The position numbers and the translations under genes were made by a program. A stretch of DNA of 64,000 nt from Oscillospiraceae bacterium (GTDB lineage: Bacteria; Bacillota; Clostridia; Oscillospirales; SIG627), in NCBI GenBank assembly GCA_015065265.1, contig SVQQ01000001.1:137146-201145 (forward strand), given 5' to 3'. A model generated the notes under the pieces. It was not told the DNA's origin. It saw nothing but the letters and a program-made list of their open reading frames with translations, and did not search any database. Below, piece by piece: positions 44,743-53,259 of this stretch (position 1 is the first letter of the stretch; each line of letters begins with the position of its first letter).

Positions 44743-45396
44743 TTGCAGGAATAGCCCTCGTAGATTTGCAGGAATTAGTTAAATTGCTATGCTTTCCTGT
44801 GTGGATGAATCCCTTGCAGGAATTGCGGAATGTGCTATTCAGAAGTGTCAAAGTGAGAAAGCGAGCTATGCGAAAAAGATTCAACAGAGCCTTGGAGGAA
44901 TTTAGGAGAGAATACTTGTTTTTTATGTGTTGCTGAGTTGGGAGTAATGCAGGTGAAAGAGACAAAGCATAGAAGGAATTTCAACAAAAAAATATATACT
45001 ACTTCTCAGTTTCTCTTGATATGCTATTTTGGCAGTTCTTAATCTCGAAAAATAGCCTTTTTGCGAGTAAAACATAAGAAAACACATAGCTTTTGCTATT
45101 AAACCTAAAATTTAAGATATGCCGAAATGGAAGTTCTTAAATATATATCTCCATTGATATTGCTAAGCTATACTTCCTCGCTCTAATTTTCTGAATAACT
45201 CAATCAACATTTCACACTAAATTTCCTCCAATATACTCTGTTGATACATTCTTGTTATTGCAACACACAACCTCAATACAACGCTATGATTACCTCCGAA
45301 ATTCCTCCAAGGGATTATTCCTGCAAGGGTAAAGCGGAGGCTTCTTTTTCTCTCTGAATGAAAAAATCACGAAAAATCAAGACAAAATTCCTGCAA
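44743..45396. repeat. array of the 10-bp motif TTGCAGGAAT in dyad arrangement within non-coding DNA
   Basis: Direct copies at 44743-44752, 44766-44775, 44814-44823 and 44892-44901 (variant TTGGAGGAAT). Inverted copies at 45301-45310 (variant), 45317-45326 and 45387-45396. One more direct copy lies at 18217-18226, upstream of the rep-like gene. Confidence 0.8.
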
Positions 45397-45819
45397 AGAG
45401 AAAGTGGGAAAATCCCACACTGATTTGAGTATGTTTTCACACCATCTCGTCAGCCTCCATACTAGTGCACACTTTTTGCAAATTTGTAATTTTACAAGGC
45501 TCGAAAAGTGCCGTATTTTTAAGGGCTTTTAGAGGTTTTAGGGTGACGAAGTAAGTGTAAATTTCATTTTTTGAAAAATTGCTTTTTTGCAAAAACTTCG
45601 TCAGCCTTAACGTTGGATTTTTCCACCCATAAACACATTTTTGAAATCGATAAATGCCTGTGTAGCATGCAAGACAGATTGATATACTTCTGTAGAAGTA
45701 TAGTTAAAACAAAATTTTGCTTTTTACAAAATGCACTTTTAATGATTTTGTTTCTGTGATATAATATCTTAAAAAGTTTTGAGATGTAAAATTGAAGATT
45801 TGATGGAGGTATAAAGAAT

Positions 45820-46416
45820 ATGGCAGAGGTTTATACATTAAAAATCGTTTACATAGATTGTGATGAGAGAATATGGAGAGAAGCACAGGTGTCCTCTAAC
45901 AACACTCTTGCGAGTATCGGATATATGGTACTTGCAACGTTTGATACCCTGGCATATCATTTGTTTAACATTTCGTATAATGGAACAACCTTTGAGCTTC
46001 CGAACGAAGATTTCGAAATCGGGGAAGATGAATGCCTGTTTTATGTAAAGTTTTCACAGTTAAAGCTGAAGGTTGACGACAAATTGGGAATGCTGTATGA
46101 TTTCGGATGCGAACAGTGTTTTGACATTGAGATAGTCGATATTCAGCCGATGCCCAAGGGCTCAGGAAGAGCTTATCCAAAAATCACGGATGGTGAGGGC
46201 AAAGGAATACTTGACGATACTACTGCTGATGAAACACTTGAAACAATCAAGGAAACTGACAAAAAAGGCAAATCAACACATACATACCTGACACGGTATG
46301 AAGATGAATGCTTATGGGATTACAGAGATTTTGATCTAAAATATGAGAATATTATGCTGAAGGGCGTTATTAAACGAATCGCCGAGGGCTATGAAGTTTT
46401 TGACGAGTATATGTAA
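45820..46416 (+). CDS. pRiA4b ORF-3-like family protein (MGE passenger protein of unknown function)
   Basis: YTLKIVYIDCDERIWREAQVSSNNTLASIGYMVLATF...LYDFGCEQCFDIEIV resembles the PRiA4_ORF3 family pattern (Y-x-L-K-V..., YDFGD-x-W-x-H-x-I). RBS GGAGG is present. Confidence 0.55.
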   Translation: MAEVYTLKIVYIDCDERIWREAQVSSNNTLASIGYMVLATFDTLAYHLFNISYNGTTFELPNEDFEIGEDECLFYVKFSQLKLKVDDKLGMLYDFGCEQCFDIEIVDIQPMPKGSGRAYPKITDGEGKGILDDTTADETLETIKETDKKGKSTHTYLTRYEDECLWDYRDFDLKYENIMLKGVIKRIAEGYEVFDEYM

Positions 46417-46548
46417 TTAAAACTTTTGTGAAATGACCAAAATTAACACCTTGTACATTGACATTCCGCCTCATTTATGATAATATAAATACAAACAGCA
46501 GGAAGCAATTTCTGCTGTGAAAAATCTCATATGTGGGAAGCGGTTTTG

Positions 46549-46571
46549 CGTGGGAAATCCGTGGGAAATGA
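46549..46571 (+). repeat. tandem CGTGGGAAAT pair (putative integrase arm-type sites), right arm
   Basis: CGTGGGAAATCCGTGGGAAATGA is identical to 16207-16229. Confidence 0.6.
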
Positions 46572-46629
46572 AATTTTATAAATTCTCTAAACCCCTGTAT
46601 TTACGGGCAAAATCGGCAATTCTCAATCA

Positions 46630-46695
46630 GATATTCGTGACGAAGCTCGTCACGGCAGAGGTCTTGAAGGACTTTTAAAGAGATATTTTAAATAA
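46630..46695 (+). pseudogene. rbr: displaced original 3' end of the rubrerythrin gene (attR side)
   Basis: It reads [21 protein letters not shown]. This is colinear with the C-terminus of the intact gene ([21 protein letters not shown]) but diverged at the nucleotide level after the 17-bp core. It has no start or promoter of its own. Confidence 0.8.
46636..46652 (+). repeat. attR core candidate
   Basis: CGTGACGAAGCTCGTCA is identical to 16019-16035. Confidence 0.7.
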
Positions 46696-46706
46696 ACATA
46701 TAAACG

Positions 46707-46740
46707 AAAAATCGGTTATCGAAAGATAACCGATTTTATT
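46707..46740 (+). terminator. probable native rubrerythrin terminator, now separated from its gene
   Basis: Stem ATCGGTTATC (46711-46720) / GATAACCGAT (46725-46734) with loop GAAA, followed by TTTTATT. Confidence 0.8.
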
Positions 46741-46833
46741 TTACTTTTGATATAAAAATATTGAAAAATATTTCGTTTTGTGATAACATATAGTGTTAGA
46801 TAGAATTACATTTAAAACAAGGGAGAAAAAGAA

Positions 46834-47688
46834 ATGTATAGAATTGCAGACAAAAAAATACTTAATCCCACAGTTATACAACTGCATATAGAGGCTCCCT
46901 TGGTAGCAAATAAGGCAAAACCGGGGCAGTTCATTATTCTTCGCGTTGACGAGGAAGGTGAGAGAATCCCCCTCACCGTTGCAGGTTGCGACAAAGAAAA
47001 TGGAACTGTAAAGATTATATATCAGGTTGTAGGCAGTACCACAAAGAAACTCTCTCAAAAAGAAAAAGGCGACTACATTCAGGACTTTGTAGGACCTCTT
47101 GGCACTCCCACCCGCCTTGAAAACCTTAAAAAAGTGTGTGTTATCGGGGGCGGAGTAGGTTCGGCTATCGCTATGCCCATTGCAGAAAAACTTTGTGAAA
47201 TGGGGGCAGAAGTCACAAGCATTATCGGTTTCAGAAACCGTGACCTTGTAATCCTTGAAGAAGAGTTTAAAAAGTGTTCAAACCGCCTTTACGTTATGAC
47301 TGACGACGGAAGTTACGGTGAAAAAGGAAACGTCACAGCACCTCTTGTAAAACTTCTTGAAGAGGGCGAAAAATTTGATATGATTATAACTATCGGGCCC
47401 CTTATTATGATGAAATTCGTAGTACAAAGCGCCCGTCCCTTCGGTGTTCCGGTAACTGTTTCTATGAACCCTATTATGATTGACGGAACGGGAATGTGCG
47501 GAGGATGTCGCCTGACTTTGAACGTTGACGGAAAGAAAGTCACGAAATTTGCCTGTGTGGACGGTCCCGACTTTAACGGATACGAAGTGGATTTCGACGA
47601 GGCTATGAGCCGAGGCAGAATGTACTCGGACTTCGAGAGACACGCCTATGAAGAAAGTTGTAACTTGTTTAATAAGGAGGTACTGTGA
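46834..47688 (+). CDS. FAD/NAD(P)-binding ferredoxin-reductase-type subunit with 2Fe-2S (NfnA / sulfide-dehydrogenase-like small subunit)
   Basis: PGQFIILRVDEEGERIPLTV (FAD-binding barrel), GGGVGSAIAMP (NAD-binding) and the C-terminal Cys cluster GMCGGCRL...FACVDGP. It is followed by a GltD-type partner. Confidence 0.82.
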   Translation: MYRIADKKILNPTVIQLHIEAPLVANKAKPGQFIILRVDEEGERIPLTVAGCDKENGTVKIIYQVVGSTTKKLSQKEKGDYIQDFVGPLGTPTRLENLKKVCVIGGGVGSAIAMPIAEKLCEMGAEVTSIIGFRNRDLVILEEEFKKCSNRLYVMTDDGSYGEKGNVTAPLVKLLEEGEKFDMIITIGPLIMMKFVVQSARPFGVPVTVSMNPIMIDGTGMCGGCRLTLNVDGKKVTKFACVDGPDFNGYEVDFDEAMSRGRMYSDFERHAYEESCNLFNKEVL

Positions 47689-47689
47689 T

Positions 47690-49102
47690 ATGGCAAATAT
47701 GTCACCAAAAAGAAACGAGATGCCGACACAGGCACCTTATGAACGCGCCTCAAACTTTAAGGAAGTAGCCCTTGGCTATACCGAGGACGTTGCCATAGAC
47801 GAGGCAAACAGATGCTTAAACTGTAAGAACATGCCCTGTGTTGACGGATGCCCCGTAAAAATACATATCCCAGAGTTTATCTCGAAAATCAGAGAGGGCG
47901 ACTTTGAGGGAGCATATCAGATAATTTCAAAATCTTCGTCACTTCCCGCGGTATGTGGCAGAGTATGTCCTCAGGAAACCCAGTGCGAATCAAAGTGTGT
48001 CAGAGGAATTAAAGGCGAATCGGTAGGAATAGGCAGACTTGAACGCTTTGTTGCCGATTGGCATAACACTTTTGCCACTTCCGACCCCAAAAAAGCAGAG
48101 CCCAACGGACATAAAGTGGCTGTGGTAGGGTCAGGTCCCTCAGGACTCACCTGTGCAGGTGACCTTGCCAAGAAAGGATATGCAGTTACAGTTTTTGAAG
48201 CCTTACATACCCCAGGCGGAGTTTTAGTTTACGGAATTCCCGAATTCCGTCTGCCAAAATCCATTGTGGCAAAGGAAGTCGAAACCCTGAGAAAACTTGG
48301 CGTCGATATCGAAACCAACGTAGTTATAGGTAAAACCCTGACAGTCGACGAACTGTTTGATATGGGCTGTGAGGCGGTGTTTATAGGCTCGGGAGCAGGA
48401 CTTCCGAACTTTATGTCAATCCCCGGTGAAGCCCTGAAAGGCGTATATTCCGCTAACGAATTTTTGACCAGAAGTAACCTTATGAAAGCCTATAAAGAAA
48501 ACTCCGACACCCCAATTATGAAGGGTGGCAGGGTAGCAGTTGTAGGCGGTGGCAACGTGGCTATGGACGCTGCAAGAAGCGCCCTTCGTCTCGGTGCTAA
48601 AAAGGTGTATATAATATACAGACGTTCAATGAGCGAACTTCCAGCAAGACGTGAAGAAGTGGAACACGCCATTGAAGAGGGCATAGAAATGCAACTTCTG
48701 ACAAACCCCGTTGAAATTTTGGGCTATAATAACCCCAACGACCCGAGAGACTCAAGAAACGGATTTGTAACGGGTATCAGATGTATAAAAATGGAACTTG
48801 GCGAACCCGATGAAAAGGGCAGACGACGCCCTGTGGAAGTTGAAGGAAGCGAGTTTGAAATAAAAGTTGATACAGTTATAATGTCCATCGGAACCTCTCC
48901 CAACCCCCTTATTAAATCTACTACCGAAGGGCTTGAAGTAAACTCAAGAGGCGGAATTGTAGTAAACGAAGAGGGACAGACCACCCGTCACGGAGTATAT
49001 GCAGGAGGAGACGCTGTAACAGGAGCGGCAACCGTCATTTCTGCTATGGGCGCAGGTAAGAGAGCGGCACAGTCAATAGACGAGTATTTATCAAAAGAAT
49101 AA
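47690..49102 (+). CDS. NADPH-dependent glutamate-synthase-small-chain-like oxidoreductase (NfnB / GltD family)
   Basis: ATG 47690 after AGGAGG. Two 4Fe-4S motifs (CLNCKNMPCVDGCP; CGRVCPQETQCESKC). Dinucleotide folds VAVVGSGPSGLTCA and VAVVGGGNVAMD. Confidence 0.88.
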   Translation: MANMSPKRNEMPTQAPYERASNFKEVALGYTEDVAIDEANRCLNCKNMPCVDGCPVKIHIPEFISKIREGDFEGAYQIISKSSSLPAVCGRVCPQETQCESKCVRGIKGESVGIGRLERFVADWHNTFATSDPKKAEPNGHKVAVVGSGPSGLTCAGDLAKKGYAVTVFEALHTPGGVLVYGIPEFRLPKSIVAKEVETLRKLGVDIETNVVIGKTLTVDELFDMGCEAVFIGSGAGLPNFMSIPGEALKGVYSANEFLTRSNLMKAYKENSDTPIMKGGRVAVVGGGNVAMDAARSALRLGAKKVYIIYRRSMSELPARREEVEHAIEEGIEMQLLTNPVEILGYNNPNDPRDSRNGFVTGIRCIKMELGEPDEKGRRRPVEVEGSEFEIKVDTVIMSIGTSPNPLIKSTTEGLEVNSRGGIVVNEEGQTTRHGVYAGGDAVTGAATVISAMGAGKRAAQSIDEYLSKE

Positions 49103-49106
49103 CAAA

Positions 49107-49132
49107 AAGGCGAATGTGTCACATTCGCCTTT
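49107..49132 (+). terminator. hairpin after the nfnB-like gene
   Basis: Stem AAGGCGAATGTG / CACATTCGCCTT. The T-tract is short. Confidence 0.6.
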
Positions 49133-49140
49133 GATATTAT

Positions 49141-49177
49141 TTGACATTTTTTTACCTTTGTGGTATACTACAAAGGT
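49141..49177 (+). promoter_or_regulatory. mntP promoter overlapped by a near-perfect 24-bp palindrome (operator candidate)
   Basis: TTGACA (49141-49146), a 17-nt spacer, TG-n-TATACT (-10 at 49164-49169). The arms ACCTTTGT (49154-49161) and ACAAAGGT (49170-49177) bracket the -10. Confidence 0.6.
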
Positions 49178-49209
49178 TCTTTGAATATAAATTTGATGGA
49201 GTGATTTTT

Positions 49210-49794
49210 TTGGAACTTAACCTTTCATTTTTCCTCACCAGCATTTTCCTTGGTGCAGGGCTTTCTATGGACGCTTTTTCCATATCCCTTGTGGCAGGGC
49301 TTAACGAAGTTAAAATGAAAAAAAGAAAAATGACACTTGTTGCAGGAGTTTTCGCCTTCTTTCAGGCTCTGATGCCTATGATAGGTTGGCTCCTTATACA
49401 CACAGTTCTCGGACTTTTCGAGTCTCTTGAACGCTTTATTCCCATTATTGCCTTTGTCATTCTTTCTTATATCGGCGGAAAAATGATAGTAGAGGGAGTA
49501 AGGTGCAAAGGCAAGGAATGTTGCGGACAGGCACTTACAGTTTCAGCCCTTTTCATTCAGGGAATTGCCACTTCAATCGACGCACTTTCAGCAGGACTTG
49601 AACTGTCGTCATATCTCTTGCTTCAAGCCCTAATTTCAGCCTTGATTATCGCAATCGTCACCTTTATCATATGTTATTTTGGAATTATCATAGGTAAAAA
49701 AACAGGCACACTTCTCTCTTCAAAGGCTACGGTTTTTGGCGGTGCGGTGCTTGTAATTATCGGTCTTAAAATTCTCATTTCAAGTATTATGTAA
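49210..49794 (+). CDS. mntP: manganese efflux pump MntP family (DUF204 repeats)
   Basis: GAGLSMDAFSISLVAG and GIATSIDALSAGL are the duplicated MntP motifs, and there are six hydrophobic segments. The start is uncertain; I chose the TTG at 49210, 9 nt after GGAG, while the track ORF begins at 49141. Confidence 0.8.
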   Translation: MELNLSFFLTSIFLGAGLSMDAFSISLVAGLNEVKMKKRKMTLVAGVFAFFQALMPMIGWLLIHTVLGLFESLERFIPIIAFVILSYIGGKMIVEGVRCKGKECCGQALTVSALFIQGIATSIDALSAGLELSSYLLLQALISALIIAIVTFIICYFGIIIGKKTGTLLSSKATVFGGAVLVIIGLKILISSIM

Positions 49795-49800
49795 AATAAA

Positions 49801-49827
49801 GCAAAGGGTTTTGCCCTTTGCTTTTTC
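49801..49827 (+). terminator. mntP terminator
   Basis: GCAAAGGG / CCCTTTGC stem followed by TTTTTC. Confidence 0.75.
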
Positions 49828-49968
49828 TTTTTTGTCTTTATGGAGAAAAGAGAAACTTAAGAAATACAACTTTTTTCTTTTTCTGCGTATAATATTATAG
49901 GTCGAAACTGTCCGTTGGAGCACGACTCTTTCGGACTTAAAAAATAATCTTATGAAAGGAAAAAAGTT

Positions 49969-51240
49969 ATGAACCCCCTTAAATTAAAACCCTGCACACT
50001 TGAAAGTACCATTATGGACTGGGCAGATATACGCCCTATGAGTTATGACAAGTGGGCAGACCCATACACGAGATGCCGTGTAATTTTAATGAACGGTACA
50101 GAGTTTGAAGCAAACTGGTTCACTCACCAGTTTTCAAGAAACTGCAATAACAACGACGTCAGACGAGTTCTCGCCTTTATCAGAAGAGGAGAACAGCAAC
50201 AGCAAAAACTTATAAGCCTTTTAAAACCCGTTGATGAAACAGTCCTTGAACACACGATAGGTTACGAACAGTTGGCAGTAGACCTCACCGCCCACCTTGC
50301 TAAAAAAGAGCCCGATAAATACGTAAAGAAAGCCTTGGACTTCGCACTTCTCGAAGACTTTGACCACCTTTACAGATATGCTAACTTTCTCGATATGGAA
50401 ACGGGAGTACACGCAGAAAACCTCGTTGGCGGATATACCGAAATTATGCCTGCACGTCCCACCGTTTCCCACTACCGCCACCCACTTGACACAATCCGTT
50501 ATTCTATAAACAATAACACCGCGTCCCCCTTAACACGTCTTTGTGTCGGCATTATCACCGCCGCAGAACAGCAGACAATGAACTTCTATATGAACGTTTG
50601 CGGTCTTTACCCCAACGACAGAGGAAGATTTTTGTATCAGGAAATCGGTATGGTAGAAGAAGACCACGTAACCCACTACGGAAGCCTTATGGACCCCTGC
50701 GCCTCGTGGTTTGAGAACCTCGTAATGCACCAGTACACCGAAGCATACCTTTATTATTCAATGTACCAGACAGAAACCGATATGAACGTAAAGAAAGTTT
50801 GGGAAAGACTCTTCGAGCAGGAAGTTGCCCACCTTCACGTAGCGTCAGACTTGCTTCGCCGATTTGAAAATAAAGAGCCCGAATCGGTTATCGGTTCCGA
50901 CGGTACCTTCCCTGACGTGCTCTGCCTTGAATCTAATATTCCTTACGTTCGTCGCGTCATTGAAAAATCAGCCCAGATGACTTCGAACTGCGAAGACTAT
51001 ATCTGTGTTAACAGTTTAAGAGACGACAGCAGATTCTTCGCATACCAGAACGCCGTAAACACTGACTTAAACTACGTTCAGAGCCATATGATTATAGAAG
51101 ACAGAATCCGTCAGCGTGGCGAGGACTACCGCTTTGAAACAGCGCCCAATCCTCTTGAAGAACTCCGTTGTCGTACCTGTGACAATACGGAACTTGGCAG
51201 AGTTCGTGACGCCTCTTGCGCTTGTAGTCTTGAAATCTAA
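49969..51240 (+). CDS. ferritin-like diiron-motif protein, unknown function
   Basis: 423 aa. Repeated E-x-x-H-type motifs lie in helical contexts (LLEDFDHL, MVEEDHVTHY, EQEVAHLH). A C-terminal Cys cluster is present (CRTCDN...CAC). Confidence 0.55.
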   Translation: MNPLKLKPCTLESTIMDWADIRPMSYDKWADPYTRCRVILMNGTEFEANWFTHQFSRNCNNNDVRRVLAFIRRGEQQQQKLISLLKPVDETVLEHTIGYEQLAVDLTAHLAKKEPDKYVKKALDFALLEDFDHLYRYANFLDMETGVHAENLVGGYTEIMPARPTVSHYRHPLDTIRYSINNNTASPLTRLCVGIITAAEQQTMNFYMNVCGLYPNDRGRFLYQEIGMVEEDHVTHYGSLMDPCASWFENLVMHQYTEAYLYYSMYQTETDMNVKKVWERLFEQEVAHLHVASDLLRRFENKEPESVIGSDGTFPDVLCLESNIPYVRRVIEKSAQMTSNCEDYICVNSLRDDSRFFAYQNAVNTDLNYVQSHMIIEDRIRQRGEDYRFETAPNPLEELRCRTCDNTELGRVRDASCACSLEI

Positions 51241-51244
51241 AAAA

Positions 51245-51272
51245 CAAAAAAACCGCCATTGGCGGTTTTTTT
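51245..51272. terminator. bidirectional terminator
   Basis: AACCGCC / GGCGGTT stem flanked by A- and T-runs, between convergent genes. Confidence 0.8.
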
Positions 51273-51277
51273 AGTTG

Positions 51278-52567
51278 CTATTCTTTGCTTTCCATTTTTT
51301 GTTTTGCAATGTCACGGGCACTTACCGCGCCCTCAGGCTTAATTTCACCTGCTTTCATAAGGGCGATTTTTGTAAGGAAAGGACCTACGAGTTCGTAAAT
51401 CAGTACCGAGAAGAGAGTAATGTTTGCTACCACTATTCCCACGTCCCCGAGAGACGCCTCCGCCTTTATTGCCATACCTAATGCAACTCCCGCTTGAGGA
51501 AGGAGGGTGATACCTAAGTATTTAACTATGTTTGAATCGCACTTTACAGCCTTTGCACTGAAGAAGGCACCCGAGTATTTTCCGAGTGAACGGAAAATTA
51601 TGTAAACGACTCCTATAAGTACAATCAGAGGTTTACGGAAAATTGACAGTTCAAGTTCAGCACCGCTTATAACGAAGAAAAGTATAAACAAAGGTGCACT
51701 CCAACGGTCTATACGGTCCATAAGTTCTTCTGAAAAATCGCAGAAATTACAGAAGACAGTTCCAAGCATCATACAAACGAGCAACGACGAAAACGCCACG
51801 TGTACTCCAAAGACGTTAAACTCAATCATGGAAAGAGCAACTGTCAGAAGTACAAAGGCAACCGACATTGAAAGACGCTTTGACCTTGAATGGAAAAATC
51901 TTTCAAAATATGTAAAGAGAAGTCCCATAACGAAACCGAGGAGTAGTGAAAGAACCACTTCGAGTAAAGGCTCAAGAATTACCGAAAGAACGTCCACGTG
52001 CCCTGAAATGAGAGCCTTGGATATACCAAGAGATACTGCAAAAAGGATAAGTCCTACCGCGTCGTCAAGGGCAACGATTGGCAGAAGTATGTCGGTAAGG
52101 GGCCCCTTTGACTTATATTGCTTTACAACCATAAGAGTTGCCGCAGGAGCAGTAGCAGAAGCCACAGCACCAAGTACTATTGCAGCAGGAAGAGGAAGTA
52201 CATCGGGGATTATAAAGTGAAGTCCGATAAGAGCGGCGTCTACGAAAATAGTGGCAACTACCGCTTGAAAAATACCGATGACCGTTGCCTGACGTCCTGT
52301 TTTTTTCAGTTGTGCAAGGCGGAACTCGTTGCCGATAGAAAAGGCGATAAAGCCGAGAGCAACGTCGGAAATAATCGATAAGGATTTAATTTCCTCGTGA
52401 CTTGTAAAGCCAAGCCCGTGAATGTTAAGTGCTCCTAAAAGATAAGGTCCTATAAGTATTCCTGCCACAAGATAGGCAGTAACCGCAGGAAGAGTCAGAA
52501 CTTTGGCAAGTCGTGACATCATAAGCCCTACCACAAGAGCAATAGATAAAACCAGTAACGTTTGCAT
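51278..52567 (-). CDS. cation:proton antiporter (CPA2 / Na+-H+ exchanger family)
   Basis: 429 aa, about 12 TM. The N-terminus (LLVLSIALVVGLMMSRLAKVLTLPAVTAYLVAGILIGP) is typical of Kef/NapA-type exchangers. Confidence 0.8.
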   Translation of the reverse strand: MQTLLVLSIALVVGLMMSRLAKVLTLPAVTAYLVAGILIGPYLLGALNIHGLGFTSHEEIKSLSIISDVALGFIAFSIGNEFRLAQLKKTGRQATVIGIFQAVVATIFVDAALIGLHFIIPDVLPLPAAIVLGAVASATAPAATLMVVKQYKSKGPLTDILLPIVALDDAVGLILFAVSLGISKALISGHVDVLSVILEPLLEVVLSLLLGFVMGLLFTYFERFFHSRSKRLSMSVAFVLLTVALSMIEFNVFGVHVAFSSLLVCMMLGTVFCNFCDFSEELMDRIDRWSAPLFILFFVISGAELELSIFRKPLIVLIGVVYIIFRSLGKYSGAFFSAKAVKCDSNIVKYLGITLLPQAGVALGMAIKAEASLGDVGIVVANITLFSVLIYELVGPFLTKIALMKAGEIKPEGAVSARDIAKQKMESKE

Positions 52568-52656
52568 TAAAGCACCTTCTTTGATGAACTAAATTAACTA
52601 TGTTATTGTATCACAATTTATGAAAAATTCAAGTAGTGCGATAAAAATAGTTTAAC

Positions 52657-53118
52657 TTATTTTCTATATCTCCATAGGTAAAAAAGTTCACTTCCGTTTT
52701 TGCACACTCCCATGCACACAAAACCCATTTTTTCATACAGTGCCTGTGCGCGAAGGTTGGCAACGTGGGTGGTCAATTGTAACCCGCCCTTATTTTCCTC
52801 TATCATCTTTTCCTGAAGGAAAGACACCATTTTTTCGCCCAGTTTTTTTCCTTGGTACTCGTCTCTTAAGGCAATACCTAAAGTCGGAATTGTAGTGTCA
52901 TAGTCAAGTAAGAAAACGTACCCCAACATAACGCCACCCTCTTCAAAAATATAATATCTACGGGTATCATCGGGTTTTAAGAGATACTTTATAATACCTC
53001 GCCTGTTGTAGTCACGCCTGTTAAAGAGTGCGCGGGTTTCCCCCGAAAGACTGTCGAAAAAATCGTTTATTATTTTTTCGTCACCCTCTTTTGCAATTCT
53101 AAGTTCTATCTTTTTCAT
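52657..53118 (-). CDS. GNAT family N-acetyltransferase
   Basis: Acetyl-CoA motif A (RDEYQGKKLGEKMV) and the C-terminal NLRAQALYEKMGF. The start is taken at MKKIELRIAKEGDE (53118). Confidence 0.8.
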   Translation of the reverse strand: MKKIELRIAKEGDEKIINDFFDSLSGETRALFNRRDYNRRGIIKYLLKPDDTRRYYIFEEGGVMLGYVFLLDYDTTIPTLGIALRDEYQGKKLGEKMVSFLQEKMIEENKGGLQLTTHVANLRAQALYEKMGFVCMGVCKNGSELFYLWRYRK

Positions 53119-53259
53119 AACCGTTCTCCAAAAAACTTTTCTTTTTAAATATTGTAGCATAAATTTTTCCCTTTATCAATGTGTTAAGAAAATATAAATT
53201 TCTATTGAAAAAAGGAGATAAATGTTTTATAATGAAATAAATAAAAGTAAAGGTAAGTG

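Larger units (their letters stand above)
16019..46652. mobile_element. ~30.6-kb integrative island (integrase-mediated insertion in the rbr 3' end); no conjugation, relaxase or virion genes recognised, so IME-like or a defective element
   Basis: Identical 17-bp CGTGACGAAGCTCGTCA at 16019-16035 and 46636-46652. The displaced rbr tail and terminator lie at 46630-46740. The integrase is at 16450 and a Xis-like gene at 44194. Arm-type repeats occur on both inner flanks. The interior is visibly more A/T-rich than the flanks. Confidence 0.8.

Noticed and set aside
44726-44965. 79-aa reverse ORF, and the 60-62-aa ORFs at 45571-45759 (+) and 45704-45886 (-), in the 1.4-kb gap
   Set aside because: They have no RBS. 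Their composition is low-complexity and Leu/Ser/Asn-rich, and they overlap the repeat motifs. I treat the region as non-coding, but a translated database search should confirm it is not a decayed gene.
16019-46652. Island as a conjugative element (ICE) or prophage
   Set aside because: I found no relaxase, coupling ATPase (FtsK/VirD4), VirB4, capsid, portal, terminase or tail genes in any frame. The CHAP hydrolases are embedded in giant cohesin/dockerin surface proteins rather than in a transfer module.
49103-49209. Expected yybP-ykoY manganese riboswitch upstream of mntP
   Set aside because: The promoter -10 is at 49164-49169 and the leader is only about 40 nt. No conserved riboswitch helices could be fitted.
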